From: Octopus bimaculoides
Taxonomy: Eukaryota
Direction: 5' to 3'
Length of the DNA: 51,720 bases
Assembly (NCBI RefSeq): GCF_001194135.2
Contig: NC_068983.1
Coordinates: 33,487,569 to 33,539,288 of the forward strand
Positions within the stretch are counted from its first letter, which is position 1. Every line of letters starts with the position of its first letter. This document shows, piece after piece, positions 12,640 through 25,741 of the stretch. Under the pieces are notes generated by a model that was not told the origin of the DNA, did not search any database, and was given only the letters and a program-made list of their open reading frames with translations. The translations under genes were made by a program, and so were the position numbers.

Positions 12640-12882
12640 ACAACCCTTATTCAGGGACCATTTAAGCGGGATGGGCTACTCGATCTGAAAAAATTTCTAA
12701 CTGCGCCCCACCTGCAAGGTCATGCGCTGTTTATCTTGATTTAAGATCACCGTGTCGCACACATAGTTGTCATGCATGTGCCTTAGACGGGTTGCCAATA
12801 AGGTCATATTAGGCTTTTTATATTTGCACATCAGTGTCACGTTGAGGCTTGCATTGCTCTCTCAGTCAATGATAATAATAGT
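12640..12882 (+). mobile_element. Probable retroposon 3' end with (AAT)-like tail
   Basis: GC-richer block ending ctctcagtcaatgataataata; family recalled from octopus repeats, not verified. Confidence 0.45.
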
Positions 12883-15165
12883 TTTAATACGCCACAATGT
12901 TACAAATATTTCAGGTGGTATATTTAACGTTCTTATTATGAGTATATTTCATTACACTGATGGTGCTATCGCCCTTCAAAATGCATCAATGTTTCACTTT
13001 CGGTTTTACCTTTCTCAAATTATATATCTTTGTGCTTGTATGAAATTACAAGTTACAAGTCTCAAAATATGCATTCACGTAGAGCAGTGTGTCTTATTAT
13101 TTACTGGTTTAACTTAACGTCTAAATAATAATGATTATATATCTAATCCATAGTCACTGACAACCATATTCTACCCTCTAATTCAGAATCTTTAAAAATA
13201 CTTGGGGAATTGCTTTAAGCAGAAATCTAATCCAAATAGTGGAGTTGTACACTGGGAATATTGCTGTTCTATTATGACCTTCACTACAGAAAAAGGGATC
13301 GTAAAACTGTGGCAATTATCATATTCGGCAATGCTAAAAATAATCCTAGAGGTTTTATGTCGGATATGATCTTGCGATATGATGTTTAACCAGCTACAGA
13401 GTGTATAATATTATCACAGCTCTCTTTTCTCTTCAGAGAAATGTTCCTTTTATTTAAATAAAAAAGAAAAGAAAACAATGAAACGAAAGAAAATAATAAA
13501 AATATATCGTAATTTACATTATTTATAACGAAGTATCACTAGCACTTTCATTTCAATATTGAAGGATGAAAGAGCAACATTAAACTTTAATTGATGTAAT
13601 TAGATTCAACACAATGTTAATATGATAGATTTGGAGGGAGTGAGAGTCGAGAAGAAAGAAAGAGATGGGATGTATGGTGAGATCGAGGAGGTAATATAAA
13701 TTATGAAGCATTCGTTGTTTATTTAAATCCCATTATTGACACCATTACCAAACTAATTACTCCTTGCTCCTTGATGTTGAAATTTATTTATGAATTTCTT
13801 TTTTTTTTTCTGATTTGTTTACTGGATTTTTGATTTTTTGCTTCTAATTAAGTTTGTATTCATTATTTCATTAAAGAACTTAATCACGTAATTATAANNN
13901 NNNNNNNTGATGAGAGTGACGATAATTATGATGATTATGATGGTGATAATTTATTAGCGACAAAGGCTTACACATACATATATACATACAATATACATAT
14001 ATACATAATACAAGCTTAAAATGTTAAAATATGGCGGTTGCAAAACATGTGGGAACGGGCAAGACAAATTTATACAAAACGATGGGAGGAGTTATAATGT
14101 TTTACCCCGAACATATTAGATAAAGATTAAAGAGCATAGAATGATTACAAAAATTATATGAAACTCACAATAATTAAGACAACATGTAATTTGAAAATAA
14201 AGCAGAAATTAGGTTAGTCATCTACAAACGCGTTAGAGTACATCATTAGTTCTGGTAGGTCAACACCACAGTTCTACTTGACGGTCACTTGTGTTGAAAA
14301 GGGTTTCACCCAACGCCACTCGCGAGCAACTTTGGTGTTGACCACAATAAAAAGCATATATCTGATGTCACCGATTAATCTTTTAGTAAACGATTGATGT
14401 AGTTTTCATCAATATCATAACGTTTACCTGTCTTCTGTACATCGATTCTATTTCTCCTTCCTCGTGTAGCACATCATTTTTATTCGCTTCATACAAAATC
14501 AGCTTTCACCTTAGAGACATGTTGCTCCATCTTGTGATTCTAAAACTTCACAAAAAATTTCCCTTCAAAAACGTTTGCTCTATTATACACGAGTTTTATC
14601 CATTTTCTTTACTTGTTTTCATTCTGTGAAAGTGTAAAAGCTTTTGTTTGACGATAGTTTTTCTTTTCCGACATTTTGTGTTGGATATTAGCGTACATGA
14701 TTTTGTTTGAAACGCACTGTTGAGAAAAATGATAACGAGCTTCTCACCTTTCTTGGAAACAACTTAAACGAATAGACAGTGAACAAGTTATCGAAGTTTG
14801 ATACGTGAATGTCCTATTAGAATATACTTTACTGCGATAGTTACCAATAGAGAAACCTTCATATAGGCATTTGGTGCAAAATGCACTCTTGTTCATGTCG
14901 CTAGTGGGGAGATAAATCCCTTTTGTCTCCAGCGTCAAAGCCATTGATCATGTAATTTGGGTCTTGTCAATGATCGGCGATTGACCGCTAGGGATAGCAA
15001 TGATTTATCTTCCGCCAGTGATATATAGAACAACAATTTCTGAAGGAGTGTTCTTGGCATCTGAGGTAACTTGTTTTAGCCCGATGTTAGGATTTTTACT
15101 TTTCCAAAACTCTAATCTACTGTGTGTATATGATGATGATGATGATGATGTTGATGATGATGATG

Positions 15166-15198
<33 letters not shown>

Positions 15199-16693
15199 TT
15201 GAATTTATTCACAGAACGACTTGAAGTTATTCACAAATAGTAAAGCAGAAATGAACAGCCGAGTGCAGTCTGTGCAGCTTTTCTTCAGTTATATTAAGAT
15301 GGAGTTTGGGCTCTCAGAATGTACTACGATGGTGATGAGACGAAGAAAGCTTGACAGAACAGAAGTCATATGGTTACCAAGTGGTGAAATGACGAAGGCT
15401 ATCGATATCTGGTAACACTTGAGGCAGATGGAATTGAGCCCAACGACGTGAAGGCGAAGACAAAAAGAGAGCACCTGCGGTGAGTAAGAAAAGTATTGAC
15501 TTTAAAGCCTAATGCCAGAAACATAATTTCGGCAATACGCTTAGTCGCAGTAGTTCGGTATGATGCTGGAATCTTGAAGTGAACAGAGGAGAAGCTAAAG
15601 GAGATGGATAAGAGGTCAAGAAAGCTCCTAATGATGCAGAGAGCCCATTATCCACGTGCAAACATCGCCTGTATATGAAGAGAAAAGATGGAAAAGGGGG
15701 ATTGATAAGTGTGAAAAACTACGTATGTATCAAACTCGAGAGCTTAATGAGGTAACTAGCCTAAAGTAAGGAAACCTTGCTAGTGACAGTTAGGAACGAG
15801 GGGATATTGAAAGCAGAGAAGAATGGAAAAAAAGTGGAATAGATATAAAAAGGACATGAAGCAGAATTACGCAACAAGAGATTGCATAATCAATTCCATG
15901 TAGTCACAACGGAAGTTGCTGGAAAACATAGGTGGCGTTGGCTGAAGAAAGGAACATTACTGGCAGCGCAAGACCAAGCTTTGGCTACGAACTAGAGGGT
16001 CAACATTTAGAATGAGCAAGTGTCTCTGCTCTATCTGCAATAGTGTGGACGAAACCATTGCCCATATCACGAACGAATGCCCTAGACTTGCTCAAAACCA
16101 GGACAAGTTGTGTTGACACGATTAGGTAACGAAAGGGTTCACTAGAAACTGTACGAAAAGTGGGGCATAGAGAAAGGTAAGACGTGGTATGAGCACAAAC
16201 CGCAGAGAGTGGCAGAGTTGGAGACTAGCAAAATCCTCTGGGATTTCCCAATCCAAACATCGAGTGCTAGAGCATAACAAACCGGGCCTTGTGGTGGTCG
16301 ACAAGATGCACCACATATGCTATATAGTTGATGTTGTATACTCTTTTGACCTACGAATAATCAAGAAGGAAGACGAAAAAATAGATAGATACAACACTGT
16401 TAAGTATGAAATAGCCCGGCTATAGAAAATAGTGCCAATTATTGTTGAGTCCTTGAAGACAGTATCAGAAAGCATCAAGGGGAATATCAAGGAAATTGGA
16501 ATAGAGTGCCCAGTAGAACTGTTACAAAAAGTTTGCCTCCTTGGTACGGTCAAAATAATCAGGAAAGTATTACATAGTTGAAAACAACGGATAGCATGGT
16601 ACCGTAGGCTGCAGGTAGCAAGCCCGCTACGCATGTAAGACTCTAGGAGCTCCAACAAAATCTGTGATAAAGAGAAATAACAATAATAATAAT
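15199..16693 (+). mobile_element. 5'-truncated RLE-type LINE (R4/Dong-like, second family) within an (AAT)n tract
   Basis: NDLKLF, MEFGLSEC, KRKDGKRGLISV, LAAQDQAL, KILWDFPIQT, NKPGLVVVDK...IVDV...KEDEKIDRY (PD-(D/E)xK RLE), and QKVCLLGTVKIIRKVLHS* (stop 16579-16581). Confidence 0.88.
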
Positions 16694-16822
16694 ATGGATT
16701 ATCAAGAGGGTCTTAAGCACTTGTAAGACTGCTGAAAACTTGTGGATATCTAAGGTCACAGGTAGTAACCCGCTACCTATAGAATTCCTACGAGGAATAT
16801 GACCGAACTTGAGACAAACCAA
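16694..16822 (+). mobile_element. Short 3' stub of a related RLE LINE stacked behind the previous element
   Basis: ggtcacaggtagtaacccgcta parallels ggctgcaggtagcaagcccgcta in the upstream 3' UTR; followed by (AAT)(GAT)(AAT). Confidence 0.5.
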
Positions 16823-17896
16823 AATAATAATAACAATGATGATGATGATGATGAGGATGATGATGATGGTGATAATAATAATAATAATAATAATAAATTC
16901 ATCTCAAACATAACTTAGAGAATATTAAAGTCTCATTTTCCCTCTTAAGAACCAAAAGACCATTAAGAGACTAAGGGACTACTTCATTAAATACCGGTAG
17001 TTCGGTTTTCCTTCTCGTCGTTTTCTTGCATCAGAATTTCTCAATATAAGCGTCTGTCTATGGAGAATAAACTTAACACCTCAGCCCACTAAGTTTCAAG
17101 TTTCCTTACATGTAGTTTATGATAAAATGTGCAGGAAGAAAACAAAGAGGGAAAGAGAGAGAGAAAGATAGAAGGAACAGCCAGAAATATAAATGAAAGA
17201 AATGGGAGATAGGATAATTTATGTGAGACACAGTGCCAACCGTTGAGAGGAAGACGTTAAAGTCTTTGACGATGGAGAATTCAACGTCAGTTCAATTACT
17301 GATGGCTGGCACCGTTGCCGAAGAGGGTAAATTTGTAGTGGGCTGAAGACACTAATTGAAACGATCTAGATTCTATTTTTACAGAAAGGAAATCCCTTAT
17401 ATTAAACTGCAAAAGATTTTTATATTCCTCCCCACTCACAAAAGATTTTTTAAGATCCTTTATGTCCTCTATAAATACTTAAGATCAGAGTCGTGACTGG
17501 TATATATTTTATTGATTATAGTAGAAACAGTTATCAACTGATGCGGATTCTGAACTACGAATGTTGGTGTGGATGAATTTATGCTGGTTGTTGTACTTGT
17601 GATCTTTAGAACTACAACTATAGGTTGACAGATATAGGATGATACACACATGAAGATGAATGGAATGAACCACAGCAAGATAACAGACAGTAAAACAACT
17701 AGTCGATAATATATTGTCCTATAGCATTTATGTTGCCTGTTTATAACTATTGATCCTTAAACTCCTTGATAGATTCCTAGCGAAATCATTGTAATATACA
17801 AAATATATTGGCCAATTTTAGACCTGTATATTTTGACGAGGATCGAATTTGTGAGTTAGTCTACATTAAAACTGATGGCTTTCATACTGTTTTAAA

Positions 17897-18012
17897 GGTA
17901 ATAATGACGCAAACGTGGACAGAAAGAATCGTTAGAGCGCCGGGTAAAATGGCTTGCAGTATTTAGTTATGACTTTTTATGTTCTGTGTTCAAATTACTC
18001 CGAGTTGGGCTA
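17897..18012 (+). mobile_element. SINE 5' fragment (10906-11457 family)
   Basis: gaatcgttagagcgccgggtaaaatg is the reverse complement of a close match to 11268-11291. Confidence 0.55.
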
Positions 18013-19544
18013 TAGATTCTTCCAGGGTTGTTAAATTTTGTAACATCTGTGAAAGAGATCTACATTTCTCTGCCACAAAATATGTGGCATTGTGCCTGTG
18101 TAAGAAATCAGAAATGATGCAAGCGATTATTAGTTCCAGTTCGGAACATCTAGAGCTAATTAGTCAAATCACATCTTTAAAAAAGAAATTACATATTGAA
18201 TAAACGACTGGGGTATGCTATATCTATAAGAATAACAGTTGAAGGTTATAACTGGAACGCTTTTTTATCATAAGTATGCACAATCAGGGTCATTTTAGCT
18301 TTACGCAACAACAACCACAACAGTAACAAATATGGTGGTTTAAAGAGACGAAAGTGGAGAGAGAATGTACAACAGCACAACAGAAACTCTTGTCTTACAA
18401 GTAAGAAAAAGAATGACCAGAAGAAATAAGTAAAAACGATATGCCTGAAGAAGTAATCATGATTATATAAAAATATAGCAAACACTTAGAGTTGATGACA
18501 TGCAAAAACACATGTTTCCCCATTCTCTAAATAAGATAGATGACAATATAATTGTATTGTTTGCTCCATTAGTTGTAAGCTAGTCCGGGTTTCATTTCTA
18601 GATTGTATCAGATATGAATTGCCAATTGTGCTAAACTAGACAAGTTAATCTAACGCAGGTAATGCAGTTTGCATAATTGAATAAATTTGTGTGTTGCAGA
18701 AAGGTGAATTCTTATGTTTCTAAGGCAGTAAAAGAGACATAAAAATTGTCAACTAACATATTTTTCGTCATTTTCTCTCTGATAAAGTGCCCAGACAAAA
18801 TATTAACATATAATGCCGGTCAAAGTTATGCAGTTTTGCCAACAATATCAGCAGACTTTTGCCGATGCAAACTATCTCTATCTATTTTAATGCTGCCTTC
18901 ATATAACAAATGATACTTTCTTGAGCATCTGATATATGCATATATACATCATATACATCCATATTTTATATGCAGACACACACACTGTATGTATGTACAT
19001 ATGTATACAGTATATATACATGTATTTATGTGAGTGTGCTTGTGTCTGTGTATGTGCATATGTATGTAGGTCTGTGCAAGCTTAGTAGTAAAAAAGAGAA
19101 GACAGAACTACGTACGTGAAAATACAGTGCTTCATTTTTAATCGGTAGAAATCTATAAAAATGCCTCATGGGTCGATTATTTCGCGCGTGGCACTTATCT
19201 GCGTGCACGAAAATTTCGGCCCTCGTGTCAGTTTTGTAACTTTCTGTTGATTAGCGACTTAGAAACTTATACCTACATACATGCCTACATAAATATGGAA
19301 CGTGATCTCGAAGAGGCTTGATAGTTGGCTATTCATACAAAAATTTCACATACTACAAGAAACCTTTCACGACCCTTTAAAAACAAAACAGAACATTGGA
19401 TGCGGAGCTAGATACAAACTGTACATAGTTTCTTTGAATGTGTTTCTCCAAGAGCACTACCAAAAAAATACAGTGATAATAGATGAACAGGAGGAGGAAA
19501 GAGAGGAGTTTTGGGCTGTGCTGAAATCTCTTCATCACTAAGGA

Positions 19545-20520
19545 TGCTAGACGATATCGGCGCAGTTTAATATGGATGATCTACATGAAGACATTTGATT
19601 CATTCCCTCACTCACAGATACTAGAATCACTACACCTTGCCAAAGTGCCAACTATTATAGTTAATGCATTGAAAGACTGACCACAGCATAGTCCACACAG
19701 TTATCACTAACAAACAAAGCAATATCTATAGCTGAAAACCAAATTAATGGTGCTTGTACCGGCACTAAAATCCTTGTTGTCAACCCTTTAAATGTAATGT
19801 CAAGACTATATTTTGGGATATGCATAAAAGAAGAGCAACGTCAGCACCAGACTTTTTGTTGATGACTTAAAGTTACACTCACGTAAAATGAACAACATTA
19901 ACAGAAACCTAGAACCTGTCATAACATTCTAACGAGACAGGGCGTTCGGGCAAGATAAATTCTTATGCATGAGAGTCAAAGATTGATTGTCAACCAGTCA
20001 GAGAACATCAATAGTTCTTCTGTTTTCCCTATCTCCTGTGATGAATATACTGAACACACTAATACTGAGAGGAAAGCCAGTCAGAAAAGAACACTTCTGC
20101 AGGCTCTGAAAGATATGGAACTCAATGCTATCTGCATTTAATTAGACCATGTCTCAACATATCTTGAGGTACCAGTGCAACAACAAGTTCTATCCAAACA
20201 GCCTTTGAATGTCTCATTGTATCACTCAGAAAACGGCTCTGAATAGGAAAGAAAGAAAGGCAATAAGAAATGAGAGTAACAGCGTCTTCGGTGTAAAGGC
20301 TAAATTCCTGAGCAGGTATTCAGAATAATCTAACTAAACAAAAGGAACAATGCATGAGTACATATCCCGCAAACCAGAGGATAACAATGGAATTGAAGAG
20401 AGAATAGCCTCTCCTGGACTTATGACAAATACATTACATCCCGCCTAGAAGGATATGCCTTCGCCACCCAGAAACTTGAGATCGCTCCCAAATACTTGAC
20501 AAGAGAAACAAAGTTACTAC
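19545..20520 (+). mobile_element. Degenerate RLE-type LINE RT fragment (related to 2402-4555)
   Basis: SLIWMIYMKTFDSFPHSQILESLHLAKVP, RLFVDDLKLH, GQDKF and [28 protein letters not shown]. Confidence 0.8.
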
Positions 20521-20565
20521 TAAACCTCAATGTTGTAACAGAAAATGTCAGTGATGCTGAACCTT

Positions 20566-20566
<1 letters not shown>

Positions 20567-20645
<79 letters not shown>

Positions 20646-20702
20646 CCTACTTACCTACCTACCTACATACCTACCTACCTACCTACCTACCTACCTACCA
20701 AC

Positions 20703-20775
<73 letters not shown>
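20567..20775. repeat. (TATC)n(TACC)n(TATC)n microsatellite
   Basis: Direct reading. Confidence 0.97.
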
Positions 20776-20776
<1 letters not shown>

Positions 20777-21074
20777 GTTTATCTGCACTTCTGTTTGTCT
20801 GTATTTATTTATGAATATAGACAAACAGAAGGAAGTAGAAATAAATGGTTTTCTCTTAATACACAAACGACAAGCCGAGAGCAGATATGTGTTTGAATGG
20901 CTCAGACGATTTCAATTAAAATCCACATCGTTGCTAATTATTGAGAAAGTGAGAAGTAATAAAAAGATTAACGACCTTAGCTGTAGCTGATGTATTACTT
21001 GTCGTTCCAAACAGTAAGAACAAAGATAAGGTTTGAATCGTTCGACTAACACTAAACACTTCTCGTTAATTCAT

Positions 21075-22400
21075 GTAAATTTCGAAATGTGAGAGATTCT
21101 AACCGAAGCCATACCAATGTTTGATCTATTCGGAACTTGATTTTTTTTTATTTCCTCATCATTCCCCGACTTTGACTGCTGAGAAATAAGTCCTGAAGAT
21201 TTCCTTGACAAATACTGAGTACTTTCCAACAAAGGTGACGAGAGATGGAAAGACAATTGGGTGGGAATGCCTGGCTAGTGGAGGTACGAAGCTAGCGATG
21301 TCCAAGATGTAGAGCAAATTATATTCGCAGTATAAAGACGACAAAAAGAAGAGGCATCACGCTTGTAGAGCAGAGGCTGGAGTGTGTCCATGAGTGAAGG
21401 AATGCCAATCGGCCGGAAAGCTCTTTGGATGTGATCTAGAATGTTTACGTGCATGGTATCAGTTCAGTCTAGATGTGGACGCCGTAGTCTGTTGCAGTAT
21501 TACTTGAACCTTCCGGAGTGTCAGCAGCTATGAAGGGCTAATCTTTTGCATGTGATTCAAGTTATGCTAAATATGCACTTTCGCAAGGAGAGCACTTCAA
21601 TGATAGGGTGGTCTAGTGTTTGCAGCAAATATGAGGGCTCTAAGTGTGTAGAATTTCCGTTTAGAGGAAGCACCGTGGACAAGCATTTTCTGGATGTGAT
21701 TTTTGCCTGAGATTTCTTCCTGTTAATTAGCATTGTCCCACGGTCTCTGTTTATGGAATCAATGTGGGCTTGATGTGCAGTGTCGAGATGGTGTATGCGT
21801 GATGCATGGTTAGAGAAGGTTACAAAGGAATGAATGGTTGTATCTTTTGCATAACAGTGGGCGTGTTGGATGTGGTAACAGTTAAGTCATTGATTTATAG
21901 AAGGAAGACAGCAGTGGGACAGAACTGAACAGTGGAGACACCATATTATGAATGGGAGTGAAAAATCTCCGTCAACATGTGCTGCAATCGTACAGTCCAA
22001 GTGTATCGATTCAAGAGAGAAATGTAGTGAGACCGTGGGTAAGAAGGTTTTATAAAAGATTTGCATGTCTGGCATGGACAAAGGCCATGCTGATATCGAG
22101 AGCAACGATATTGTTTTCACCAGACTCCTCTAAAGCGACAGCGCACTGTCGTATCATATCAGAGCGCAGGTCATTTCAAGTACCGTCTGAGGGGAGAGAG
22201 AATTAATGCGATGGAAAACATATTTGATAATGGCTGCCTTCAATATCTTGATAATGTAAAATTCGAAGGCAATGAAGTGGTTAGTGGCTGGGTCGGAGAG
22301 TATGCTTTTCTTTAAGATAGGACACAAAGAGACTTACTTCCAAATGGTTCCCCATAGCGAGTATGAGATTAAAAATGTTGTGAATATAGGACAATTTTAG
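21075..22400 (-). mobile_element. Jockey/I-group-like LINE, RT to 3' end, degenerate
   Basis: ESGENNIVALDISMAF, FLL*INDL, HCYAKDTTIH (YADD remnant) and GIPSLMDTLQPLLYKRD. Confidence 0.8.
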
Positions 22401-22879
22401 GGTTCAGCGTTTGAGTGTAACAGAAGAGACATTGTCAACAATACACATCTTCCTTCTTTATCTTCCGCAAACAAACGTACTTTATATGCAACTTACCCAC
22501 TCCATGTCAAACTTGCGCTGACTCCCTGAACAGTGACTTTGGAAGCATACTTCAATGGCGATAAAGTATCTTACCTCTTTCAACAGTATAAAGACGCAGT
22601 CACTGACCTTATCAAAATATTGTACTTCTCTTTATATAGTCTTCGATCACCAAATAGTTAAACCCACCAAAGCAGCTGCAAATATAAGGATTTTCACTCA
22701 CTGGTGACCTCTCTTCGCGATCTCACATTCATAACCTACCACAAACAGCTTCTGAAAGTTTGGCATTCCTCTTTAGTGCTCAGAACAACTATTGATCCTT
22801 TACAAAAGTGAGGTGGTCCCTAATGGAATACTGTTTTTTACATACAAGAAAACATTGTAAGTACACTCAAACATATCAA

Positions 22880-23215
22880 AAATAAGTACGGTCGGCTAAC
22901 AGGAAATTTTGACTTTTTCAAGCTCGCAGGTGTAGTCTTCTCATTCTGTTTGTTATACCAGAACTATAAGAGCCACTTCTTTACCCCCATCCCCCAAGCT
23001 TGCTAGCTGCATATCATTTCCAACTGAACTAATACCTGAACACATCCACCTTTCTTTCTATACGTCATTCATTTTCGTTTTCCTTCCTCCACCAGAGTTT
23101 GCAGCATCCGAAATCCCAAATCTTTCTCCTCAGAATATCGATGCTCTGGAATTCTCTTCCCACACACAGAGCACCTAATACACCCAACCTTGAAGGTCCT
23201 GTAAAGGATGTGAGT
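22880..23215 (+). mobile_element. 3' fragment of a Jockey-like LINE, opposite orientation to the previous copy
   Basis: SFCLLYQNYKSH, KLASCI and FLLRISMLWNSLPTH motifs. Confidence 0.55.
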
Positions 23216-24836
23216 ACAATCATTCCGTCTTAACTAAAACTATTAAACTAAAAATAATAAATATAAACGTGAAAATAGAAGTAATGGAAAAATGAAAAAC
23301 CAAAGAAAACAAACAAACAAAAAACAAACTGTAAACGAAAAAAAATAATTGTCTTCCAAATCTATAATCGAATTTCTTCTCTAGAGCTGGCAACCTATTT
23401 AGTTGCCTGACTTTGATAAACTACATGATTGCCTGTTGAAACATCAAAGAAAAAAAAATGTTTGTTCTGCAAATTGATGGTAAATAGTTTTCTTTGCAGC
23501 TATTTGCTATCGAATTACATTTGGAGAAATGAAACGATAACAAAATACTAAAAATAATAAAAATAAAGCAACAAAGAAAATCAGACATGAGTCGTTGTCA
23601 TTTGTAACACAATCTCTGCCGTCAAAACTATACCCTAAAGGATAACAAAATTGACTTGTTGGATAATGGAGGCATTACAGTGGATCTAAGTGATTTTACT
23701 CGAAAAGAAATTCACTCGTCGAGAATTTAGAAACGGACAGGACAACGTAATTACATAATTGTTTTTCTCCAGTCAACCAAATTTTTCCTTTAACATTACC
23801 CGAGGTTCATTTTACAATATCTTCACGAATATTCAATCAACAATGGTTTGTTTACTTTAAGCATAAATATCCAATGCAAAATTCAGTTTATTTAATTATA
23901 TATTAATTACTTATAGTGAATATCTATTTTTCTTCTTTTTGTGCACATGTTAATAAATTTTGCGAAAATAGTAATTCTGATATGTTTTTTTTTACCCAAC
24001 TTTATATATATCATTTGCTCCAGGGAAAGACAAAACATCTTTTCAAGAAAGTATGATTTTTTTCTAATTTTATGTTCTATTCCAGATTATGATAGAGGCT
24101 TATATTATGACTTCGGATTCATAAAAACGTAGAACGGGTGCGAAACCCGTTTGGCTTTGCTGTCTAGTTTGAAGTATAGCCTAGATTTCTCTCAGATGGA
24201 AAAGAGATATTTTATCCTAAACCATTACTGATAATGTAGGTAATGTAGGCCAAAATAAATAGTTAAATCGTTTAATATCCATTATAAGAACTTTAGTTAA
24301 AATAAAGGAAGGTATATGCGATGTTATCAAATTTTTGTTATTCGGAGATTCATGAGGAACAAAAAAATAATCGACATGGTATACATTCAATCTCATTAAG
24401 TAAGAGTCTTTTGAGGAATAACGAAGATAACAATCGTCTAAATGAATATGTAGTTTTCCTAAGAAGACCACTGCTCAATAGACAGCTTGCAGTCTTTCAG
24501 TTGAAAAACCTTTCAATATCGTCTTAGCCAATAGAATTTAATCAGACGAATGCAAGCGTAAATTTCGAATAAACAACACAAACAATAAAAAAAAACCCAA
24601 ACAATGGAAACAAAAACAGCAGAAACAAAGAATTTCTTTTTGCATGACGTATATAGAAGTGAAGAGGAAAAGGTCACATCTTTCAATACATAGATTCATC
24701 AAATTCTTTTCCATTGATGTAAGAGATTCCTTGAGGCACACTGATTTAACTAATCGGAACTATCAAGCGCTTACACACACAAACACACATACACACAAAC
24801 ATAATTGTGTATACACATATGTACATGTATGTATTA

Positions 24837-24867
<31 letters not shown>

Positions 24868-24996
24868 AGGGCATTACTATACAATAACGCCTCGCGCCAT
24901 GAGGGACTCTAAGGTCAGACTACTATAAAAAAAGCACATTTTTACCGAATGCGAGGAAATGCAACTCTCAAAGCCAATCCCTTAAAAACGAACTAA

Positions 24997-25057
24997 ATTA
25001 TAGATCATGATTTCGTAGTTATTGTAGTATTATACAACTTCTACTCGTCAGTATAAT
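24997..25057 (-). ncRNA. Canonical type I hammerhead ribozyme motif
   Basis: Stem I ATTATA/TATAAT, core CTGACGA (25051-25045), stem II GTAG/CTAC plus GTTGTA/TACAAT, GAAA (25014-25011), palindromic stem III ATCATGAT, AUC triplet with C17 at 25003. Confidence 0.85.
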
Positions 25058-25525
25058 ATGGTCAAGAAAAATAGAAATAAACAGTGAATCAACATACCAA
25101 ACGAACACCATGTATCCAGCATAGCATNNNNNNNNNNNNNNNNNNNNNNNNNNNNNNNNNNNNNNNNNNNNNNNNNNNNNNNNNNNNNNNNNNNNNNNNN
25201 NNNNNNNNNNNNNNNNNNNNNNNNNNNNNNNNNNNNNNNNNNNNNNNNNNNNNNNNNNNNNNNNNNNNNNNNNNNNNNNNNNNNNNNNNNNNNNNNNNNN
25301 NNNNNNNNNNNNNNNNNNNNNNNNNNNNNNNNNNNNNNNNNNNNNNNNNNNNNNNNNNNNNNNNNNNNNNNNNNNNNNNNNNNNNNNNNNNNNNNNNNNN
25401 NNNNNNNNNNNNNNNNNNNNNNNNNNNNNNNNNNNNNNNNNNNNNNNNNNNNNNNNNNNNNNNNNNNNNNNNNNNNNNNNNNNNNNNNNNNNNNNNNNNN
25501 NNNNNNNNNNNNNNNNNNNNNNNNN

Positions 25526-25574
<49 letters not shown>

Positions 25575-25741
25575 GTATATATGTGTGTATATATATATAT
25601 GTGTGTGTATATATATGTATATGTATATTATATATACGTAACTACATATACATATATTCATAAATACACACACACACACACACGCATACACACACACATA
25701 CACACACACATATACATACATATATATTATATCTCTATATA

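Noticed and set aside
17469-17760. GPCR-like hydrophobic minus-strand ORF
   Set aside because: No GPCR motif, in-frame stops upstream, and hydrophobicity is expected in AT-rich DNA.
19205-19240. Minus-strand CTGACACGAGGGCCGAAA
   Set aside because: The core has two extra bases and stem I does not form.
24133-24151. 7-bp hairpin aacgggt-gcgaa-acccgtt
   Set aside because: Too short to exceed chance, and bacterial terminator logic does not apply here.
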